A stretch of 13,040 nucleotides of DNA from Chlamydiota bacterium. GTDB taxonomy: Bacteria > Chlamydiota > Chlamydiia > Chlamydiales > SM23-39. The stretch is taken from assembly GCA_038534095.1 (NCBI GenBank), contig JBCAXK010000040.1, forward strand, positions 1-13,040, read 5' to 3'. Made by a program: the position numbers and the translations under genes. Numbering within the stretch: position 1 is the first letter of the stretch; each line of letters starts with the position of its first letter. Shown in pieces: positions 7,877 through 13,040 of this stretch. The notes beneath the pieces were generated by a model, which was given only the letters and a program-made list of their open reading frames with translations, ran no database searches and was not told where the DNA came from.

Positions 7877-8767
7877 ATGCAACCATTAGAAAATAGCTCT
7901 CAAGAGCAAGAACTTATCGAAGCAAGCGCATTAAAAACCATGGAAAACTCCCTCAAAAACCTACGTATTGTTGATCTAGAGCTATTTATCTCTGCTGCGC
8001 GGATGCGTAGTTTGAGCAAGGCGGCTTTAGCGCATCACTTGAGTCAAAGCGGCGCTAGCGCGGCTGTTCAGCGGGTCGAAGCCGCCTTCCATGCCAGCTT
8101 GTGTACCCATGAAAGGAGGCAGTTTCGGCTAACAAGGGAGGGGCTTTCGTTGTTGCCCAAGTTTGAGGAGGTTGTTCGCAAGGTTAGAGATCTCATTTCT
8201 ATCAACAGCCAGCCCTCCATTCGGCTTGTCACGACCCACGCTATTGCAGCCGTTGCGGTTCCCTCACTTCTATCTTTAGGAAAAATCGCATTCAAACACA
8301 TGCGGCCAGACCACGCCTATAAAGCGATTTTAGAGATGGAAGCCGATATAGCGCTTGTGCTCGATAATGCTGCTTGGAAAGGGGTCGTATCGGCAGAAGT
8401 GGGCAAGGGCCGTTTCCAGATCTATGCGAAAAACCGAGAGACGCCGCTTAAGCCGGTCTTACTGCCAGAAGATCAGATGGAGGTGCTTTTCTTGCAACAG
8501 CACTGGCTACAAGTGGAGGGGTACACCCTCCCTGTAAAAGCAAGAATCCCAAGCTGGTCACTCATTGCGCAGATTTGTTCTGCAACAGATGAGGTGGGGT
8601 TTTTGCCCGACTTTTTAGCAAAAACCTTTGATCTTCACCCCGTTTTATGGCAACAAGCTCCTTCTCCCTATAGAATTTTAGCTCTCTACCGAGAGGGAGA
8701 GCAGGCTTTGCAAGAGCGTTTTAGGAAGATCATAGGGAAACTTTGCTCTCTATTTTCTGAGCGGTAG
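7877..8767 (+). CDS. LysR-family transcriptional regulator
   Basis: HTH_1 signature DLELFISAARMRSLSKAALAHHLSQSGASAAVQRVE...L......FRLTREG, followed by a divergent effector domain (ADIAL, VGFLP). The ATG at 7835 lies inside the predicted promoter, so 7877 or 7940 is the more likely start. Confidence 0.9.
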   Translation: MQPLENSSQEQELIEASALKTMENSLKNLRIVDLELFISAARMRSLSKAALAHHLSQSGASAAVQRVEAAFHASLCTHERRQFRLTREGLSLLPKFEEVVRKVRDLISINSQPSIRLVTTHAIAAVAVPSLLSLGKIAFKHMRPDHAYKAILEMEADIALVLDNAAWKGVVSAEVGKGRFQIYAKNRETPLKPVLLPEDQMEVLFLQQHWLQVEGYTLPVKARIPSWSLIAQICSATDEVGFLPDFLAKTFDLHPVLWQQAPSPYRILALYREGEQALQERFRKIIGKLCSLFSER

Positions 8768-8780
8768 CTTTTCCTAAGAA

Positions 8781-9074
8781 TTATAACCAGCTAGGCGTTT
8801 CTACCACCGATTCGTACATCGCGATTCGATGGGCTCTAAGCGTTTGTTTGAGGACTTTCTGCACCTCTTCATACTCCTCTTTCGGGATAAAGAGAATCAG
8901 CAAATGGTAAGAGAGAGCGTCAGCAAGATCATTAGCCGTCATCACCTGATTTTGGTATTTAGATGCAACGGCTCTATGAGCGATGCAAACAACATGAGGA
9001 AAGGCTTTAAGAGTGCGTAGCAGCTTTTTGGTCATGAGGCCATCTATTATAATCTCCAACCGAATCGATGTCAT
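8781..9074 (-). CDS. sbtB: SbtB/PII-like small protein, divergent
   Basis: 97 aa with RLEIII first strand, NDLAD, and EE..EV...LK..L pattern. It directly follows sbtA (GGAGGA-TAA-ATG junction), the canonical sbtAB order. The Gly-rich loop motifs are absent. Confidence 0.7.
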   Translation of the reverse strand: MTSIRLEIIIDGLMTKKLLRTLKAFPHVVCIAHRAVASKYQNQVMTANDLADALSYHLLILFIPKEEYEEVQKVLKQTLRAHRIAMYESVVETPSWL

Positions 9075-10025
9075 TTATCCTCCATACTGCTGAACAATCC
9101 AAAGGTAGAAGGGAATCCCTATAAGTATATTAAACGGAAAAGTGATCCCCATCGCAAGGGAAAGATAGAGGCTGGGGTTCGCTTCAGGAACAGCTGTTCG
9201 CATAGCTGCTGGAGCCGCGATGTAAGAAGCGCTTCCAAAAAGTAGCATCAAAAGGAACGTATCGCCTTGGCTAAACTTTAAGAAAACCCCCACAAAAAAG
9301 GCGACGAGTGCCATAGACACTTGAAACGCTAGCGTAGAACAAAATAGACTAAATGGCGCTTTTTTTAGATCTTCAAAACGTTTTGCAACAGCCAGTCCTA
9401 AATCGAGCAGGAAGAACGTAAGAAGCCCTTGAAATAGCCCCTCATAAAACGGGGAAATTTTGTTCCACCCCTCATTGGATAGGAGCGTTCCAATCAAAAA
9501 GCTCCCCAAAAGCACAACAATCGAGTTATTGGTGATCGAATGTTTGATGATGGTGGAAAGGGATTTGGGTTCTTCATGAAAATCCTTTAAGTAGAAAAAC
9601 ATCGCCATCAAAATGGCAGGGGATTCCATGAAAGCCATGACCGCAATCATATAGGGGCCATATGGAATTTGTAACCGGCTTAAAAGAGCTGTCCCTGTAA
9701 TGAACGTGACCGCGCTGATCGATCCGTACGAAGCAGAAAGCGCAACAGCGTTCGCTTTGCTCGTGAACCTTCTAAATACATAATAAGCCAGATAGGCTAC
9801 GCCAAACGATCCCAAAATCCCCACAAGAAAAATTTTCAGGTAATGGTATTCAAAGGGAGATCTAGTAAGATGGACTCCCCCTTGTACCCCGATAGCAGAC
9901 ATGACGTATAAGGAAAAAAACTTGGGTAAAGGGTAGGGAATTTCCAAGTCAGATTTCACAAGACGAGAGAAGACCCCAAGCAAAAAAAACAAAATGGGAG
10001 CAGAGGTAAAAACGTCAAAAGCCAT
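9075..10025 (-). CDS. sbtA: Sodium-dependent bicarbonate transporter family permease (SbtA-like, DUF897/Sbt_1)
   Basis: PILFFLLG...KSDLEIP, YGSISAVTF, MESPAI, GLLTFFLLDLG and SASYIAAPAAMRTAVPEANPSLYL....GITFPFNILIGIP are family motifs. Start placed at the ATG at 10025 (MAFDVF) by family length; the ORF extends to 10088. Confidence 0.92.
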   Translation of the reverse strand: MAFDVFTSAPILFFLLGVFSRLVKSDLEIPYPLPKFFSLYVMSAIGVQGGVHLTRSPFEYHYLKIFLVGILGSFGVAYLAYYVFRRFTSKANAVALSASYGSISAVTFITGTALLSRLQIPYGPYMIAVMAFMESPAILMAMFFYLKDFHEEPKSLSTIIKHSITNNSIVVLLGSFLIGTLLSNEGWNKISPFYEGLFQGLLTFFLLDLGLAVAKRFEDLKKAPFSLFCSTLAFQVSMALVAFFVGVFLKFSQGDTFLLMLLFGSASYIAAPAAMRTAVPEANPSLYLSLAMGITFPFNILIGIPFYLWIVQQYGG

Positions 10026-10306
10026 AGCAAATGTTTTACTAAGAAACTGATAAAACCACAAGTAAGGAATCGGTCTTACAATAAACATAATCGTTTCAAA
10101 ATCTCTCAGCGTTTCCCTACAAAAAGCTGTTTCATCAAAAGCCTTCCCATCGAATAGATCTCCCTCATCAACTCTTAAGCAGGAAAAGTCTTTTTGTTTT
10201 TAGCTAAGCGGAAAAAACGTACGCAATACTTGCGCTGACCTATGATGCGAGTGAGAAACAGTCTAAAAAATGGATTAAAGGTAAGTGTTTTACGATAAAT
10301 CACTTG

Positions 10307-10474
10307 TTTTGAAACGCTTAAAGAAAGTCTTTTTAGAGGGTTTGTTCGAATTAAAAAACACCTTGATATTTACAGCTATTTATTTAAAAATTTTTTTTAT
10401 TTTTAAATTCGAGGTGATTTATGAATCTAATACCTAGCTGCTTTAGATGCTGTAGAAGACGTCATGTAAATGAG
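10307..10474 (+). repeat. Duplicated upstream/RBS/N-terminal cassette, copy 1 (copy 2 at 11881-12040)
   Basis: Shared blocks TTTTRAAACGCTTAA, TTAAAAAAYAYCTTGATATTTAYAGYTATTT, AATTYGAGGTGATTTATGAATCTAATA and CTGCTTTAGATGYTG. Confidence 0.9.
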
Positions 10475-11335
10475 CATATTTCAACAGACAATCTTGGGGC
10501 GCCTGGTGATCGCCCTGCCAATCATCGAGTTGATCGAATACCTACCCCAGCAGGGCAATCGTTTATAGGAAATTCTTTCACTCAATTGGCTTCACTGTTT
10601 TATAGAACTTCTATCGCTAAAGAGCCTGAGATAGATCTTAAGAATAAGTTTCAATATTTTGGGAGCAACCGCCGGCGCGAATTCGATCCTGATCGATTTA
10701 CTAAAACCATCCAAGAAATACTCGAGCAACAAAATAAAGCTGATGTTCCTGTTGCATCAGACGGGGAACGTACCACAGTATTAGAAAATAAGAAAGAGCA
10801 ATTATGGGCTAAAAAAGCTAAGTTAGAGAAAGAGAAGAGAGAATTGGAAGAGCAATCAAAGGAGCTGAAGATCCAAAAGCAAGAAGCATTAAAGCGTGCT
10901 ATCCCATTGATACAAGAGGCCATTGAATCACTCGAGGAGCACCTCAAGCTACTCGAAAGAGCTGCTTCATTACGAACTCAGCAGATTGAAAAAGTAAAAA
11001 AAGCCGCTCAATTAAACCGCGAGATCACAGGAGCTCATCCATCAATCAATCAGGAGATCGAAAAAATAGAAGGAAATGCTCAATTACAAAAAGATATGAT
11101 CAAAAACCTAGAAGAGGAATTTTCATCAGGAGTTTCCATTGGAGAGCTAAAACGCCGAGTTCAATCAAAACAGTCTGTTGAAAGCCTCGACCCACAACTC
11201 AAGCAATGCTGGCAGACTTATCGTAAAATAGTAAGAAGAACGCAGGAATTAAAAGCAGACCTAGTCAGATCAGAAGCAGAAATAAACGCATTCAAAGCTA
11301 GGAACATTAAAAATCCAGATCGAAAAACATTGTAA
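10421..11335 (+). CDS. Hypothetical coiled-coil protein with N-terminal Cys cluster and basic patch (putative effector, paralogue A)
   Basis: 304-aa ORF with strong SD GAGGTGA. N-terminus MNLIPSCFRCCRRR, then a Pro/Gly-rich linker and a long E/K/Q/L-rich heptad region. Confidence 0.85.
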   Translation: MNLIPSCFRCCRRRHVNEHISTDNLGAPGDRPANHRVDRIPTPAGQSFIGNSFTQLASLFYRTSIAKEPEIDLKNKFQYFGSNRRREFDPDRFTKTIQEILEQQNKADVPVASDGERTTVLENKKEQLWAKKAKLEKEKRELEEQSKELKIQKQEALKRAIPLIQEAIESLEEHLKLLERAASLRTQQIEKVKKAAQLNREITGAHPSINQEIEKIEGNAQLQKDMIKNLEEEFSSGVSIGELKRRVQSKQSVESLDPQLKQCWQTYRKIVRRTQELKADLVRSEAEINAFKARNIKNPDRKTL

Positions 11336-11518
11336 TAAAATTTTACAACGAAAAAAGGCATTCCGAGAAAATAATAGAAAGTCCCGTTTGCGATAGAACG
11401 GGACATAATCGGACTGTTATCATAAAGCATCACACAAACAAAGTAGGTCGCAAGGACCGAAGCCTTGCCGTCTCTTGTAGGGCAAGGCCTCAACAAACGG
11501 CTTAAAAGAATAGTTCCC

Positions 11519-11800
11519 ATGTCAAATACATAAGAAATATACGCAGTTTTTTGCAGTTTGTAAAAGCTCTTGGGAATGTGACCAAAGCCTGTAAAATCGC
11601 AAGTGATTCTAAAGACAGTTGCGCAACTTTAAAGAACTTTCACCAAACGGAAGGAAGACCTATGTTCAGAATCAAGCCATGTCCAAAAAATTCCGCTCAC
11701 CAAACAGCGCCAAGATGTTGTAGTTTGGTAGACAAACCATGATGATCAAGTACGCGAAGCAAGCTGAGAAAAAACTACTTTTTTTTCTCCTATGTGCGCT
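11519..11800 (+). mobile_element. Decayed IS481-family transposase remnant (N-terminal HTH part only)
   Basis: FLQFVKALGNVTKACKIASDSKDS...FHQTEG...RIKPCPKN resembles the IS481-type N-terminus (LL.LA..LGNVS.ACK.MG.SRDS...Y..GG...RKP..KN). After stops and frameshifts come QVR (11747-11755) and KLRKNYFFFSYVR (11761-11799). No DDE core is visible. Confidence 0.75.
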
Positions 11801-11880
11801 GCTCTACTTGTCTTAGTAGAGTCGAAAAATACTGTAAAAACGCCCAGATGCCAAGTGGGTATTTTGTAAAAAACGATTCA

Positions 11881-12040
11881 TTTTAAAACGCTTAACAAAA
11901 ATTTTTGTTAAGCATTTTTTCTTGGTTTAAAAAATATCTTGATATTTATAGTTATTTTTTTAAATTCCCTCAATTTGAGGTGATTTATGAATCTAATATA
12001 TAACTGCTTTAGATGTTGCAAAAAACGTGCTGTAGATGAG
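11881..12040 (+). repeat. Duplicated upstream/RBS/N-terminal cassette, copy 2
   Basis: Same blocks as 10307-10474. Includes the candidate promoter TTGATA-N16-TAAATT and SD GAGGTGA. Confidence 0.9.
11890..11913. promoter_or_regulatory. Perfect 24-bp palindrome, candidate operator
   Basis: GCTTAACAAAAA|TTTTTGTTAAGC, ending about 75 bp upstream of the paralogue B start. Confidence 0.55.
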
Positions 12041-13040
12041 GCTCCAGAATCTTATAGTGGCGTGTCAAGAGAGCTCTCTTCGCACTGTCGTTCTGCTGTG
12101 CAGCCTGAACGAGCATCCCAACCTATTACAAAGAAACCTCTTGCTAATCTAGCTGAATTATTTTCTAGATCCCCTAACGAAGGAAAAGTTCACGAAGGTG
12201 GAAAGAAATCATTTTCCAACGAGACACGTAGCGATAAATTCCATGGCCGTATAGTTGCAGATGATAATAGCGCAGCATTTCTTCGAACTCAGGATACTAC
12301 TAACGCTCAAGAAGAGGGGCGTATCGCATGGAAAGCAAAAATAGCTGCATTAGAAGAAAGATACGAAAGGAAGCTGGCACAACAAGAGGCTAAATTAGAC
12401 AAGAGGATTGACCGAATAACTCAAGCTTTACGACTTTCCATATCCTTTAAGGGAGGTAAAAAGAAACAAATTTCTAGCAAGACAGGTGGGGATAAATCCC
12501 ATCGAACGCAGCATAGCACTAATCCAGAAGAAAGGACGGATATCCAACCGCAAGAAAAACTAGCTGCGCTAAGAAAAAAACAGCATGAATCAAGAAAAGA
12601 GCGGGCTGAATTAAAAAAAAGATACGCAAAAAAGCGCGCAGAAGAGCATGAATTAGAAAAGAAGATTGTTCAAATGACTAAATTAGCTGCGCTATTTCTC
12701 CCCAAATCCTCTCACGAAGGAAAAGTTGAGGGAGGTACAAAGAAACAAATTTCTAGCGAGACAGGTCAGGATCAATCCCATCGAACGCAGGATAGCACCA
12801 CAGCAGAAAAAAGAGGGCTATCCAACTGCAAGCAGAAATAGATGCATTAAGAAAAACCTGCGAGAGAAAGCTACTAGAAAAAACTCAAGCAGAAGGGAAG
12901 TTAATCTCAATAATAGAAGTAATGCCTCAAGTAGAAAAAGGAATTGTACAAAGACTAGAAGCAAGCGTTCAATCACAAAATAAGTCTATCCAGGACATAG
13001 AAAGAAGCGTTCAATCACAAAATAAGTCTATCCAGGATAT
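11987..13040 (+). CDS. Repeat-built coiled-coil protein (putative effector, paralogue B); frameshifted near 12807-12817 and incomplete at the window end
   Basis: N-terminus MNLIYNCFRCCKKR. Frame 0 stops at 12841, but the -1 frame reads AIQLQAEIDALRKTCERKLLEK...SVQSQNKSIQDIERSVQSQNKSIQD open to 13040. This continuation matches the earlier repeat units DIQPQEKLAALRKK and IAWKAKIAALEERYERKL. Confidence 0.8.
12144..12856 (+). repeat. Intragenic modular repeats in paralogue B
   Basis: 12450-12578 and 12729-12856 are close copies (279-bp offset; GG.KKQISS.TG.D.SHRTQ.ST). 12144-12244 is a more diverged copy of 12678-12781 (LA.LF...S..EGKV..G.KK..S.ET..D..H). Confidence 0.9.
12963..13040 (+). repeat. 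42-bp coding tandem repeat (14 aa, SVQSQNKSIQDIER), runs off the window
   Basis: AAGCGTTCAATCACAAAATAAGTCTATCCAGGA starts at both 12963 and 13005. Confidence 0.9.

Noticed and set aside
11430..11500. c-di-GMP-I or other known riboswitch
   Set aside because: A short GCAA-containing stem-loop is present, but the remaining conserved elements are not. The position fits an IS leader better.
188..11520. Remaining short ORFs in the track overlapping the long genes (e.g. 188-475, 2894-3121, 4741-5256, 5968-6162, 6218-6463, 7003-7344, 8068-8301, 10651-10947, 11218-11520)
   Set aside because: They are antisense or alternate-frame shadows of well-supported CDSs, with no motifs of their own.
12807..12813. 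AAAAAAG as a canonical programmed -1 ribosomal frameshift heptamer
   Set aside because: The reading frame is GAA AAA AGA, not A AAA AAG, so the heptamer is out of phase for tandem slippage. No clear stimulatory hairpin follows.
12726..12983. 85-aa basic ORF
   Set aside because: It is an alternative-frame shadow of the repeat-containing gene. The repeat homology lies in the other two frames.
12963..13040. Direct repeats as the start of a CRISPR array
   Set aside because: The units are head-to-tail with a 42-bp period and no unique spacer, they are in frame within a coding region, and no cas genes are in the window.

Overview
Bacterial accessory region. An Npt/TLC nucleotide transporter, an XasA/GadC-like permease and orphan coiled-coil proteins suggest an intracellular symbiont, probably an environmental Chlamydiota; this assignment is inferred. 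Gene order: a C-terminally truncated secreted S9 hydrolase (-); a DUF1653 / Rcl-DNPH1-like nucleotide N-glycosidase fusion (+); an APC amino-acid permease (-); a truncated AAA_14/DUF4143-type ATPase (+); a TetA-like MFS exporter (-) behind a hairpin-rich intergenic region; an NTT transporter (-) divergent from a LysR regulator (+) with a textbook LTTR operator/promoter layout; an sbtA-sbtB-like pair (-) with a degenerate SbtB; and two paralogous coiled-coil proteins (+). The paralogues share a duplicated upstream region and an N-terminal MNLIxxCFRCC-(K/R)3 motif, and are separated by a decayed IS481 transposase. The second paralogue is built from internal repeats, has a single -1 frameshift and runs off the window in a 42-bp tandem repeat. 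Best candidates for something new: a family of putative host-S-acylated effectors, a LysR-controlled nucleotide transporter next to sbtAB, and the DUF1653-DNPH1 fusion. Family assignments come from recognised motifs; no searches were run.
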